Of a stretch of DNA of 64,000 nt, positions 1 to 17,770 are shown piece by piece (position 1 is the stretch's first letter; each line of letters opens with the position of its first letter). The notes beneath the pieces are model-generated. The model was given only the letters and a program-made list of their open reading frames with translations, made no database searches and was not told the origin of the DNA. The position numbers and the translations under genes were made by a program. The stretch comes from Macrostomum lignano (Eukaryota): the NCBI GenBank assembly GCA_002269645.1, contig NIVC01003456.1:32801-96800 (forward strand), given 5' to 3'.

Positions 1-573
1 TCTCTTCCATCCCACTGGACGTGGGATTCACAGCGACTGCGCACTGGCTGAGGCAAGATTATACTTGGGAGGAATAAAGGCACAATAGACCTCTTGTTTA
101 TTGTTTAAGCTGACTGCTGCGCGCCACCCACTCCAGTGGAGGCAGTTCTCGCAGCCTCATCCTCCAGGAAATCGGGGCTTTCATCTCTCTCCTGCGTGTC
201 TGACAGGCAGCGCTGCACTCTGCTGCTTTTTTACACCGGCAATGCTCACCTGTTTCTGTACGCATCGGCTGTATTTTATGTTCAATGAGCCACCTACCTC
301 AGATTTTCCACGGGACGCACAGCAGCTATCGTACCGCAGCTATCATGCAGTAAAAAGCCACTTAATTTTTAGTTCTCAGGTGCCTCAAGTGCAGGCTAAG
401 CTTGGCTTCTGGAGGATATAAAATTGGTTTAGCTTAGGGAAAGCTTTGCGTCATCTTTTTGCACGTTTCACAGCCTATCATAGGCTTACACTAGTTTATA
501 CCACAGCCACAAACGATACATTCAAGTTGCGCGTCTGAGAAAAAGTAGAATTAAAGAAGGTGAGCGCTATCAT

Positions 574-622
574 TTTTTATGCGACATGTTTCGCCTCGCG
601 TCAGGCATCGTCAGGCTCTTAA
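574..622 (-). ncRNA. Minimal type I hammerhead ribozyme-like motif (Penelope-associated)
   Basis: Minus strand reads CTGACGA-T-GCCT(GACGCG)AGGC-GAAA-CATGTC: complete core, 4-bp stem II, palindromic mini stem III ACATGT and a GUC triplet (C at 583). Stem I pairs only weakly. Lies about 240 bp 3' of the Penelope ORF end. Confidence 0.7.
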
Positions 623-751
623 AATTAGTAATATTTGTTCATTAATATTTAACAATTAAGACTAAGAACGGGTCGATAAAAGTCAGAAATGTATATAAAT
701 TAACAGTAGATTGTACAGTCCGACGGAGCGCTCACAGAGATGCAATGAGGG

Positions 752-763
752 GAGAGAGGGAGA

Positions 764-828
<65 letters not shown>
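752..828. repeat. (GA)n microsatellite
   Basis: Long GA dinucleotide run with a few GG interruptions at the left end. Confidence 0.98.
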
Positions 829-832
<4 letters not shown>

Positions 833-854
833 TGAGATGAGCACAAGTGTACAC

Positions 855-1700
855 CTAGAATACTCTAAGGAGGGCACTGGCACCGTGATTGGCAAGTTGC
901 TTATTTAGGATTGGTTTACGCGATTTTATATACAGGGCTTCAAGCACTTTTTCTGTACTCATTTGAGCACGTATGGATGGTGGAAAAGTTTTTATCTATT
1001 TGGCTGGCACAGCATTCTTTGCATATCAACAGGTAGGTGGTAGTGCACAGCCGACATCTTTTGCCTATGTTCTCTACTTCTCACGTACAGGTGTCGGGTA
1101 GTTTCACCTATGTAGGTGATACTCTGATCGCCAGAGCATTGAAATTGGTAAACGACACCTGCCCGTAAGGAGCTGGGAACGCGGCATTTCAAATTCTTAA
1201 CAAAACGACCGATTTTCTCGCAACGGAAAGTGACCATGAGCTTCACATTTAAATACTTATTAAACGCTCTGATGAGGTTCTTTTTAAAATTTGCTACTTT
1301 GTGCTACTTGTACAAGTTTTCAAACCAGTATCCACACCGAGTCTCTGCAGCTACTCTGCACTCATGAACCTTTAGCCGACCGTTGAAGACGCGCTTATAC
1401 ACGCACTTATACACGCGCTTAGACAGCGCATTCCCGGCAGCTTTGAGCATTCGAATAAGGGACGGCTCAATATGAGACTTAGGCTGGTAGTAGCCCACAC
1501 CCACCCTGCTGCTATTCGGAGATTATCCTACTTACTTAAAAAGGCTCAGATTTAGAACCGCACGGATAACTCGGCTCTGAAGCTCCGAATACGAGCAGGC
1601 AGCATGCGGGATTTCGCATGCATCGGCGGGCACTTTCAACGGCAGTCGCATAAGAAATTCCGCATGAGCCCCCAGCACCCGTGCTAAGCCTCTCACCAAG
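855..1700 (-). mobile_element. Decayed Penelope-like retroelement (RT C-terminal linker plus GIY-YIG endonuclease)
   Basis: Reads KNLIRAFNKYLNVKLMVTF...GVVYQFQC...YIGETTRHLYVRSREH, then after frameshifts KVLEALYIKSRKPILNKQL...LLRVF* (stop at 855-857). This is the typical PLE endonuclease end. The upstream part (1300-1700) is only weakly PLE-like, with stops and frameshifts. Confidence 0.85.
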
Positions 1701-3313
1701 AGCACAGTCTTCCCGGCCATTAGCGACCGGGTCTAATTAAGCAGCATAGATTACCTGTGGCAGCTCTATTCAAACGGGATGCGGGGACGCAGCTGGGACC
1801 GTGGATGCATCGCGACACTTGCTTAGCGAGGAAAAATATTTTCATCGAGGGCCTCAAAAATCCTGAGCGAATAAAATCACAGGGAGATCCACGAGGCAAT
1901 TTTAGCTGTACAGAATAAAGCTTTGCGAATCTGAAGGCTCAGTTTATTTATTCGTTGGGACAAAAGCCGAATAGAGGCTAAAAAAATAATGACAGAGCCA
2001 GACGCCAACACCAGCTGCTCTTCCATCTGCAGAAAATGAGCGCCCAGTTTCTGGCGTGATTTTTCCCCCAAAAGTCGCACCTGAGACGCTTAGCCTGCAA
2101 ATCTTCGAAAATAGTTATTCGCATTGAACAGTGCGGCTCTGCGAAAATGTTACCACAGCAAGCTGCAACACGGGCCGGGTCAGGCACCAGAACAGAAGCG
2201 CTCTGCATCCAAAAGTGAAGGGAACTTGAAGATTTCCATGGACACAACAAAATGCTCGGAGCGTAAAACTATTACGATATACAGCGGATTAGAATATAAA
2301 AGTGCTAAAACTGTCAGATTCGTGGATTGGACCATTGGGTCTTGATTAACTGCACAACAATTTAAATAAAAACGATTAAAATATTCGATAATCAGTGTAT
2401 CTTAATTGCACAACAAAACGAGAAAGCACAGAAATGCACAACACAAAGTATGCTGGAATGGGGACTACACAGTAATAAAACAAAAGATAATTTGCGGATG
2501 AAAAATATTTAGAGTTGCGATTGATTTTTGTTAAAAAGTTCCATAATTCCGTAGGAACAAAAGCTACTCTTGTCAAGTATGTGAGGGATAAGCTGTAAAA
2601 GGGAAATCATGCAGTGTGCTAGACTGCTTCTAGCGCGAAAGCAAGGCAAAAGCCAAACTGCAGTTGAATGTAGGGCAGATGGATGAACCATACGAAAAAT
2701 GGCGCAACAGAGGCTTATTGCATTGGGTAGGCAAAAGATGCAATAAAATGACCACGACAGGCTACTGACTAGTAATAACGATTGCGACAAGGAGAGTAGC
2801 AGTATAGAGGCTTTGTCGGAATTTGCATAGATAAAAAATATAAATGATATAGATGCGCTCTGGAGTTCAAGTAGAAGGTGTGTACGGATTAGAAATAAAA
2901 AACTCACAAATACGCTCGTAAATTTGCATTGCGAAGTTTTTGGAAGCGAACTCCGCGAATTCGGGGCTGTCATTGCTGAGAGATCAATCAGGATGGCTAT
3001 AACAGCAATAAAATAGGCGTTTCCAAAACAGGACTAAGTTTCTGCTTTCACAACCAGAACTCATGGTCAGAAGAGATGGGTAATTCAGACGTCATCATAA
3101 AATAATCCTCCCTAACAATCCTGCAACGAGAACAATCTTAAACTTGAATACAGCCCAGCAGCTCCCACTCCGGTCAACGAAAGGCGGGCAGCGGGGCACA
3201 AAAACGTGGGTGCAAATTGGACAAATAAGTTTGTGAGAGCAAAGACAAAGAGACAGTTGGTGCAGACACAGAAAGCTAGCAGTAATAAGAGCGTACGAGC
3301 AAAAGTTGGATTA

Positions 3314-8193
<4,880 letters not shown>

Positions 8194-11100
8194 TGGCGCT
8201 AGAAATCCGATTAGTGTGGCTGACATGAACACAAAACACAAAAAATGTTACTAAGATCTTAAAAACAGAAAATTTTAACATAATTTATGCAGCATTGAAT
8301 GCTCTTTCATTGAATTTCTCAAGGTTTTAAAGTAATGAAAGCATGGAAAATTATTAGTTATTTAATAAGTTTACTTTGAACTCGAATTAAATAACCAAAA
8401 CATTTTAACTATTAACAAGGAATGTAACGAGATATTTTTTGATATACAAACGAAGATAGATTTAAAAATATAAATTTAATGACACACAAATAAGTATGGT
8501 CTAATAGCTTAAATATCGAGGCAAAATTTAGCAATTTTTTTAGAATCTTAACCCTTGAAATCTTTGTCAATGGAATTATATCTATTAAAATTTATTAAAA
8601 TTCTAATTAATGAACTCATACTTAATAGAATCCAGTTGGTGGAATCCTAGCCCATAAAATTGAAATTAATAAAATCTTATTCAGTAGAACCTGGGTAAAA
8701 GAAATCCTATCAAATTCATTTTTTTGTTGTTCAAAAAAGCAGTTTCATAATCTGGAGATAAAGTATTCAAATTTTTATTAGTTAAGTTTCTGCTAATATT
8801 TAATATTTTAAATTATATTGCTACCAGCATGCCACTAAAAAAGTATTTGTCTATTTACACTGCTGGCACAAGCAGATTGGGGGCATAGGAAACAACTACT
8901 TTGGCAGAGGCCTAGAAAAGGGGACTAACAATTTTTTTGGTAAAATACAGTCTTATCACTATCTGCTTGCTTTTTGGTCTTTACCCCCAGGGTCTGCCTC
9001 TGGGCTTGTGAAATTTCTGGTTGTACTCCCTATGTCTCCAATCCTCCCAACTACCTATGTTATTTAGAATATATGAAATTTCAATGGAAATTTAATTATT
9101 ATAATTTAGTTTTTTCATTATATCTTTCTGTAAATTCATTATATCTTAACATCTTTCACACAAGCTAGTTCATATAATCTAACTAAAGATCGAATCATAT
9201 TTTTCTATATAATTTAAAATTTACTTTTCTTTTTTATTTACCATAATACATTTGCTAGTTAGAAATCTGAAACTAGAATTTGTGCATTCTTGATTTAAAG
9301 TTGGATTTTGTGGTAAAAGTAAGAGATTATATAGTATTATTCTCAACAAAAGTACTATGATATTTGATTAGAACACTACGAATAAAGTCTAAGTATTCAT
9401 AATCAGAATCCTTGTATTATATTTTGTAATTTTAATTTGATAAAGAATTGTAAAGACGAATTAACAACTTATAATAATCTACAAATGAAAAGCTTCTAAA
9501 ATTTTCAATAAATTGCAATAACATATACAACCATAGGCATTGTTATTGCTGTAGGCTGAAAGTAATATTATTACCAAGTGTTGTCCAGGCATTGGATTCT
9601 ATATTGTGTTCCATTCTGTTCGGCATTGTATCTAGCAATTCTAGCAGGAGAGGGGCTTTTAGGTTTTAGTTTGATAGCGAGATATGAGTAGTTAGCAAAT
9701 TATATGCATAATAAATATAGTAAAATATGTCCACTACTAAATTGTCACATTTACAACTCGACTTGATTATAATTCTTTTTATTATCGCTGGTTTTAAATT
9801 TCCGCTTCAACAATTACACGAGCCGCGATACAACAAAAGCACTAGAGGGATAATATTTTTTGTATCTATGCATTTTGTTTCGATTCCTCTATGCATTGCA
9901 GAAAACTAAAAAAAATATTCAACACTGACTCGTTTAAGCCTTGTTTCATCAACTAATTTAATCGTCATTCGTCATATTGTAACAAACACTAAGCAAATTT
10001 TGGTAATTGTGCTGATTAAAACTGCAAAGACGAACCATATGCTCCGGCCAGAACCAAGTTACTGGATTAAAAGCCTATAGTTATTATTAAATAATGCACA
10101 TTAAAAGTTATTGTTCATTGATCATGACGATCCACATTCTGGTACTCAATTTAGTAGTGCCCTAAGCAATGTTGTGCAATCGTGCCCTTTTTGCTCTCGC
10201 ACCCAGCCCCAACTCTTATAGTCGGCTTCAACCCTCCAGTTTTCTCAATCAGTGAGTACACTGATCACGCCACCTCACCCCTCATTCACCCAAACCGTAC
10301 TGTAAATTTGCACTCAAATTATTTATTTAATTAATTTATTCCATTCATGTTCATGTAGATCAAATTATATGATTAAATATGATGTTTTCCTTTGAGCACA
10401 CGCCACCTCCTTTTTTCCTACCGTTGGCTATTGTTAAAAAAGAAAACTACTATAACAAGTGTGCGTTGAACTACATCGGCTCCTCGTACTGATCTGCAAT
10501 CTACAAGAACCACCATCCTTGTTCTTTTTTGCTTCTCTCCCTCGGGCACGGGACTGCAGGGGTCGCACCGTCTCAACAGGTTAGGCTGCAGGCGTCGCTG
10601 CAAGGGGCGCCCAACACAATAGATATTTTTAATTGGCAACATGTACGAGTAGATGTAAGAGCTCATACTAAATAAAAAACGCTCTCAAAGTGTACGTAGC
10701 TAGGACGCTTCATTCGGCTTTCTTAGAAATAAGCTGCTGGAGGATGGTCATTAAAAGAACGTATGCATGACGTATTTAATATTTAATTAAAATTTGGCTT
10801 CCAGCCAATTTTACGCGATTTGCGAGTGTAGCGTCCAACTTCAGTTTATTTGCTCATGTCTCAGACTCGAAAATCTATAGTGGGTTTTAGTCTCGGTCTA
10901 AACTAAATCTAAAATGCTAAAAAATGACAAAAATGCTACTCTGGATCTTTGCAGAGCCTCGATTTACGAAGTAAGCAGTTCATTTGGACCAGTCATTTGT
11001 ATTGCAGTAGCGTATGCTCTCTGAGTAAAATTTGCTCAAACGTGGAGAAAATTTAATTTTAATTCTTAATTCTTACAGTGTATATGGAGATATCATGAAG

Positions 11101-11700
11101 GAGATATCATGAAAAATCGCATTAAGGACTTAAGTCGACCTTAGTATATGCTTTGCTTGTGCACGTGCTTGTGTCGAGATTATAAATATTTCACGTAGTG
11201 CATATGCATGCAGTAACATATTTAAAGTTGCTTTTCAGTGTTTTGTGGCAATTGGCAAATATGATTAAAAACGAAATAAGAAGTATTAAGCGGCTATTAA
11301 GTTCACCGATAAAATTTGCACCAAGAAGTGCAATAATGGAATAGGCAAATTTACGCACACTGAATTCCGTTCTTGCGAGCGATCGCTGCGAAGAGTACAG
11401 CTAGACCCTTAAAAATAGATTTCCAACTAGCGATTTGCAACAGCATCAAGTTCTTACCGCTTAAAACTTTCCTAATGTTGATAGTCTAGAATATGTAGAG
11501 AGCGTCCATTTTCATTGACTACACTGTGTACCGTGGACAGTGTAGAGTTACATGTACAGAGGACGGCTACAAAAACCAAGAGAAACCGACCATAGCAGTT
11601 AAGTAAGGTGCGCATTCAATCTTACAGCAAATCCAGACAAATAAAATCACAAGGACGAAAAGCTCCATTAATCCGCACGGTTCAGCCCAATGTCCAATGT

Positions 11701-13003
11701 TCAGCTTGCGGCTACTTGCTGCTGCTGCAGCTGCTGTGGCTGAGGCCGACGGCGCGTCGGCGCTGGTTCGTCTCTGGACTTCGGAGTGAACACATCCCGG
11801 TTTGTGGTGGCGGCGGCCATAGGCTCCCGGGAGAGCTCCAGTTCACCCTTCGGCCTCACGGGTGCCGGCCGCTCGCCACGCCGCGCTTCGAAATCCTGCT
11901 GGGCGACAGTGCGGGCGGAAAAAGGCTCCGCTGTGCCTGAGTTAAGCTGCAGCTCACCAGCGTGTCGAATTGGTTCCCGCCGGGACTGCTGCCGGCTTGT
12001 CTGCGGTGCGAAGTCGCCCCTCTGGGTGGTCTCGGCTGCGAAGGCACCAGCAGGGATGCTGAGCTCCCCGCGCGGCACAATTGGTTGGCGCTTGGCAGCC
12101 ACGGCGCCACCGACGCCAGCTGCGGCTCCATACTCGGCGTTGCTGCCGGCGCCACGGTTTACCATGGGCTCGGTGGACACTTGCAACTGGTCCGAGTGCC
12201 GCACTGGGCGGGCCCGCTCTGAGCCGGGAGCGGTGGTGGCAAAGTCACCAGCGTACGAGGAGCGCGCAGCAAACGGGACCTCAGGCGGCTGGTACTGCCT
12301 GTTGGGCTTGAAGCTGGCCGGCTTGGCGTCAGAAATCTGGGCTCGCTTGTAGCCAGGGAAGCTCTCCGCCTGCTCCGAGTGGCCTGCGAATGCAGCATTG
12401 GGATCTCGCAGTTGTCGGTGCTGCGACTCTGGCCGGATTGGCGGTAGGCGGACTCGGGGACCGCTGTTGGCGAACTCGTTGGAGTAGGTGGTGCGCAAGT
12501 CCATGCTACCCTCCGGCCTCTCGTAGGCGGGCTGTTGGTGTCGGTAGCGCGGCTGAGCCTGCCAGGCCTTGTAGGCATCACGACTGCTGGACTCGCCGTT
12601 GAACGGGCCTTCGGCGCGCTCGATCTCGTTCTTCGGCCGGATCGGCTGCTGCCGCTCTGCGGAGTGCAAAAGAGACGCCGACTTTTACTAGAATCGTTTT
12701 TCACTATACATACTTCGTACCTATATAGCTAGCTACCTAGCTAGTCGGATCAAGATTAGACAGAGCAATTTTCCCAGCCTTTTCCCCAAATGTAAAATCC
12801 TGTGCCCTCTCAAGTCTTAAAAACTTTCCTCAGGTGTAGGTGGATTTGTTTAAACTCAATTTCAGGTAGTCTAATTCCTTAGTCAGAAGTCTTTGGGACA
12901 TCAAAATGCAGAAAAGTGACTTACCGCCTTGCCTGTATTGAAAGTCCGCACGGTTCACGGACTCCGATTGAAACGGCTCGGTAGGTGGCGCAATCCAGGA
13001 CAT
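11701..13003 (-). CDS. SAXO: Stabilizer of axonemal microtubules (SAXO/FAM154-like, Mn-type repeats), ~344 aa
   Basis: join(13003-12925, 12656-11701) with a phase-1 GT-AG intron (RQG|ERQQPIRP). Repeated units such as PIRP...PF.GESS.R.AY and PF.A.TT.R.DF are typical of SAXO/STOP proteins. Upstream coding exons cannot be excluded. Confidence 0.8.
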
Positions 13004-13254
13004 TCTGGCGGGCAAACTGGGAAGATAAGCAGATCAATGTATCCACAGGATGGGTATTTCTAGTCGCAGCAGATGCGCGGAATCCGTGAGTGGCGATTTA
13101 TACATCCGAGACCCGCAGAGGGACTGTCTGTGCAGGCGGAAATATAAAACTCTCAGTGTCCTTCAAAGCGTTGCAAAGGACTGGGGGAGAGGGGAGAGCA
13201 ATTGGGTGGAGGGAAGGGCAGGTCGGAGAGAAGCCATCGGCAGGAGCGCGCCCG

Positions 13255-13268
13255 GTTGCTATGGCAAC
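13255..13268. promoter_or_regulatory. RFX X-box
   Basis: GTTGCTATGGCAAC, a near-perfect palindromic X-box ~250 bp upstream of the SAXO-like ATG. Confidence 0.75.
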
Positions 13269-13476
13269 TAGCAGAGAATTGGGGCGCGGGATACAGGGGA
13301 AGAGAAATCGATTTTCTCCTGAGTATAGAGAAAAGGGGGAGGGAGGGCGTCAGTAGGTACTCAGTTCCTGCTAAGCCGAGCGACTGCAGGGGGCGAGACA
13401 GGAAAATACAAAGCGCCGCTCCACACAATCAGCAGGAGGAGCGGGCGAGCTGGCAGTCAAGCAGGGACAGATTTCA

Positions 13477-13490
13477 GTAGCCATGGCAAC
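13477..13490. promoter_or_regulatory. Second RFX X-box
   Basis: GTAGCCATGGCAAC (reverse GTTGCCATGGCTAC), one mismatch to the consensus. Confidence 0.6.
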
Positions 13491-14467
13491 TGGCCAGGCC
13501 GTGTGGCACTGAAGGCGCGAGTGCGAGGAGGCGGAAGCGTGCGACTTGAGCAAATTCAATTAGAGCTGCTGAGAGCAGTGAGAATCGGTCCCGGAACTGA
13601 GCACTGTCGCAAAAGAGAAATGACTAATGGCCAGCATAGCACCGTCAGGTGGAATTGATTGCGATAAAACGCGGGCGCAGCGGCGCACGTTAAATTAAAT
13701 CCGAAGCGAGGCGATTCGCAACGCAATATTGCAGCCAGTGTATTTGCGGGAAGCTTAAAAACGGGACAAAATGCAGGCCGCGCAAGGCGAAATGCAAGGG
13801 CAAACGGACCAGCGCGAGCACAATAGAAGGGCGCACAGCACAAAGAGCAAAGTTGCACGAAAATGAAGGGCAAAAGCAAGTAAAAATCAGGCAAGAACAA
13901 AGCGGGCTCAGCAGGTTCGATGCGGCATTCAAGTGGCAGATTAGCACAGGCAGGCTAAACAGGCCAGCAAGCGATAGAAAGAAGGGGATACCAAAAGCAG
14001 AAAAAGCACAGAAAATAATGCAGATAACCGTACTGGGAAAGGCTATAACAATATAAATGCTACTGACGGCAGTTCAGAACTGGCCAATGGGGCAAAGGCG
14101 GTGCAAAAACGCGAGTGGTGCTGCTCATCAATACAATAAACAAAAAACTCTTGGAAGCGAAACGAAGCGGAAGGAGGGAGCTGGCATGGAGAAATGTGGG
14201 CGAATCAAAATAATTTGGGTAGAATAATTTTTTATATAACAGGAATGCAGCCGCACGCCACAAAGGCGAATGCAGCAGATGAAAGCGCATGAACTCACGA
14301 GCTCACAGACCTAACAGACAGTCCCCAGATCTTATAAAAAATAAATGCGACTGTCAGGGGCCAGAAACTGATTACTAACAGTAGTTAGTGCACAGAGCTG
14401 CATGTGAAACCAAAATGTAAAAATACAAGCAAACTCAGAAGCAATATAAAAGCAAACTTGGCTCAGC

Positions 14468-16490
14468 TCAGCCCAGGTAAGAAAGAGAGTGGGCGTCTAG
14501 CAGGTCATAGCAGAGGCAGTGGAGCAGCCGCTGCAGGCTGAGCCTGCGCACAGGGTCCGGATGCAGCAGCGCAGTGACGCACTGGTACAGCAGGGAGTCC
14601 ATGTCGGCCGGTCGGTCCACTTCGCCGCGCTCTAGCAGCCGCAGCCGCGCCTCGCCATCACTGGGGCTGTCAGTGGACTCCGGCACGTGACCGCCCGCGG
14701 CCTCGAACACGCACAGACCCAGGGAGAAATTGTCCACCAGACGAGGGTCCGGGTGCCGTCCGAGGTCCAGGGCGTCCATTGGCATGAAGCGGCCGTTGCC
14801 GTCCTCCAGGTTCTCCAGGTCAGCCGTGTCCCTGGCATGGCCGAAGTCGCCCAGCTTGAACAGCAGCCGCTCCCGGAGGTCGGGCATCATGGCAGCCAGC
14901 CTACCGTGCCGCTCCGACAGCGGCATCGCAGGTGGCAGGCTGGCCCTCGGTGCCCTGATGAGGATGTTGCTTGTGCTGCAGTCCAGATGGGCCAAGCCCT
15001 CAGAGTGCATGAAGGCCAGGGCGCTGCCGATGTCCCGCACCAGGTGGCGCAGGCGCTCGTCGGGCAGGCGGACGCGGCAGGCGAGGTACTGGCGCAGCGC
15101 CAGGCCGTTGCAGTACTCCAGTTGGATGTACAGTCGGTCGAACTGCACCCAACAACCGTAGTACTCCACTATGTTGGGATGGCGCTCAGTTAGCCCGGCC
15201 ATCGCCCACACCTCCTAAAATTCGAGCGAGTTCGAATTGCATGCCACAGGGATAACTACCTGGCCTGCACCATACCACAGTGACCACCAGCATGCAACTC
15301 ATGCCACAGGGATAACTACCTGGCCTCCACCATACCGCAGGGACCACCAGAATGCAACTCATGCCACAGGGATAACTACTTGGCCTCCACCATACCGGTG
15401 ACCACCAGCATGCAAATCATGCCAATATGGGATAACTACCTGGTCTCCACCATACCACAGTGACCACCAGCATGCAAATTATACCAATATGGGATAACTA
15501 CCTGGCCACCACCATACCGGTGACCACCAGCATGCAAATCATGCCAATATGGGATAACTACCTGGCCTTCAGCGTGTCACAGACCTCCAGAAAACTTACC
15601 TGGATGCCCTCCTTGGCCTGAGCAGAGGCGCTGGGACCGTCACGAGTTTTTTGCGGCAGGGCGGTCTTGAGGCAGTACACCCGGCCGTCCAGCCGGTTGA
15701 TGGCGGTGAACACGAAGCCAAAGGAGCCGCTGGCAACGGCCCTGGTGTTGTCCTCATCAGTGAGGTCGAACTCGGTGTAAAGCCGGTCGGAGTTCAGCAG
15801 CCGTTCGTCCATCAGCCGAGGCGCTTGGCCCGGCGTCAAGGCGAGTTTCCGCCTGCCTTCGGGCGTGCACCGGTTGATGTTGGAACCGGACAGGCAGCGG
15901 ATGGCCTGGCAGTTCCTGTACATGCGGCTCTGCTCACTGCGCACACTCAGCAGCAACTCCGGTGCCTGCGGGCCTGACTGGCCAACTGGAGTAGCGGGCG
16001 GGGGCGGCTGCCGCTGCTCGGGGCTCGCAGATGTTTCGCTAGCGTCATCGTCGAAGCGCAGCACCCGACAGACGTCGGCACCGAAGGCCAGCTTTGCCGG
16101 CGCTGTTCGCAGCAACTGCAGCTCCTTGCGCCGCGTAAACATGACCTCCTCCATCTGGACGGTCTCAAAGAACTCCTGCTCTTGCTCCTGCACAGCAGTC
16201 AGCTGCCATTGCTGCTGATGGCCGGCCAGCTGCTGAGGCACAGCCGAGTGAGCCAGGCCAGAGTCGCAGTACTCCACCTGCTCGACCGCGTTCGGTGACA
16301 AATCCAGGTCGGGGTTCGAGCAAGAAGACGAGCTGAGGTATTCCGTCAGGTCCTGGCGAGGCGTTGAGGCACTCTTGGTCGGCTCAATGGAGTGGAACAG
16401 TGCCATGCAGGGCGGTTCGCCGCGGTCCTCGCTGCCCGAGGTGTCCATGAGACAGTTTTCAAATGACAAATCAGCCGGTCGTGACTCCAT
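14468..16490 (-). CDS. WEE1: Divergent Wee1/Myt1-family protein kinase, ~545 aa
   Basis: join(16490-15600, 15214-14468), phase 0 (GIQ|EVW). Motifs: SGSFGFVF, NRLDGRVYCLK, HPNIVEYY, YIQLEYCNG, HLDCSTSNILI, KLGDFGH, DGNGRFMP, DNFSLGL. Long low-complexity N-terminus as in Wee1. Confidence 0.85.
15240..15570. repeat. ~60-bp minisatellite (~5.5 copies) filling the Wee1 intron
   Basis: Unit ATGCCACAGGGATAACTACCTGGCCTCCACCATACCACAGTGACCACCAGCATGCAACTC. Confidence 0.95.
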
Positions 16491-17505
16491 TGGTTTCTGC
16501 AAGCAAGAATTGCTGGTTGGTGCAAGCAAGAGTTTACAAGTGAAACGAGAGTTTCAACCAAGTGTAATTTTAGCTGTACAGTGTTTTAAATCTATAAAGG
16601 CCTTAAAGAAGGGTTAAAAAACTTGATTTAAATTTTAAAGCTAGTTGAAAGGTAAAATTTGATATAAAAGCATGCTAAGACATCAAAGAAAACTGGTCAT
16701 GCATGCAAAATAAAATTTTCAGTTTAAGCCAACTGTCTTTAGTATCTTATAGTGAACAATAGGGTTGTTAAAAAGCCAGATGCCTAAAAAAGTCGATGAG
16801 GTAACACTATTGATATGCTAAGATAATGGTAGTAAGGCCTATGGGAAGTCTTAGTTAAAGGCTAGGAATAATTTCTAAAACAAATATATTGTGTCTTATT
16901 ATGCATTTATCCAAGTGTCTACAAAATAATGTATTTTTCATATGCATAATACATATACTTGTACCAACAAAATTTTGCACAATTTTTAAAAGTAAAGGCA
17001 TAATTATGATTGTTTAAAATTAAAAAAAAAATCGAAGCTTTGATAGAACAACCTGACCTTATAGTACTTTTCTGCTTATTCATTTTTAGGTATATTTTAA
17101 ACTACCAAAAAGTATTTTGTCTACAAAAAAGCACAAAAATGATATACTGGTACAATGGTATAGCTAAGATAACAATAGGATTTCTTTAGTCTTGTAGTGG
17201 GATTTGTAAAGTTAAGATGTTTTAATTGCTTTATAAGCTTTTTAGAATACACATAAGATAAATGAACAGGTTTGTAAGCTTGAATACAGTTTTATTTTTG
17301 CTTAACAATTTAGAAGTAAGGTCTGGTTATTATACTAATAGCTATCAGCTCATCACCTTTAAAATATAGTTTAGTACAAAAGCAGCATTTTTTTCTAGAA
17401 ATAAGAAGCTATTTTTATATTTCTATGAACTATAATTATTGCTACTTTTGTTAAGATAAATGTGGATAGTCAGTAGTTCTAAACTTTTATATCTATGTTT
17501 TGGTA

Positions 17506-17770
17506 CATACATGCGCAACTGCTGGCCGACCTGGCCGATCTGACCACCGTAAATTGTGGTGGACTAGGGGTAAGTCGCAAAAATGCCCAGCCTAAAGAAT
17601 ACAGACGTAGTACTAATTAGATGACGAGGCATTAGCCCTTATAAGACAGTCATAGTTACTCCTGCCGTTTACCCAAAATTGCATTAGGGTTTCTTTCACA
17701 GGTAAGTCGCATTTTTGGTCAAAAAGTAAGTCGCATGGCCAGTGTAAATCAGGGGGGTTGCGCATGTATG
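17506..17770. mobile_element. hAT-type MITE (265 bp)
   Basis: 14-bp TIR CATACATGCGCAAC / GTTGCGCATGTATG; perfect 8-bp TSD TTTTGGTA at 17498-17505 and 17771-17778. Confidence 0.9.

Noticed and set aside
101-421. ORF and GC-richer patch at the window start (possible terminal exon on the minus strand)
   Set aside because: No recognisable motif and no linked exons.
10418-10666. GC-rich island with an 82-aa ORF
   Set aside because: No homology motif, and splice linkage to SAXO is not demonstrable.
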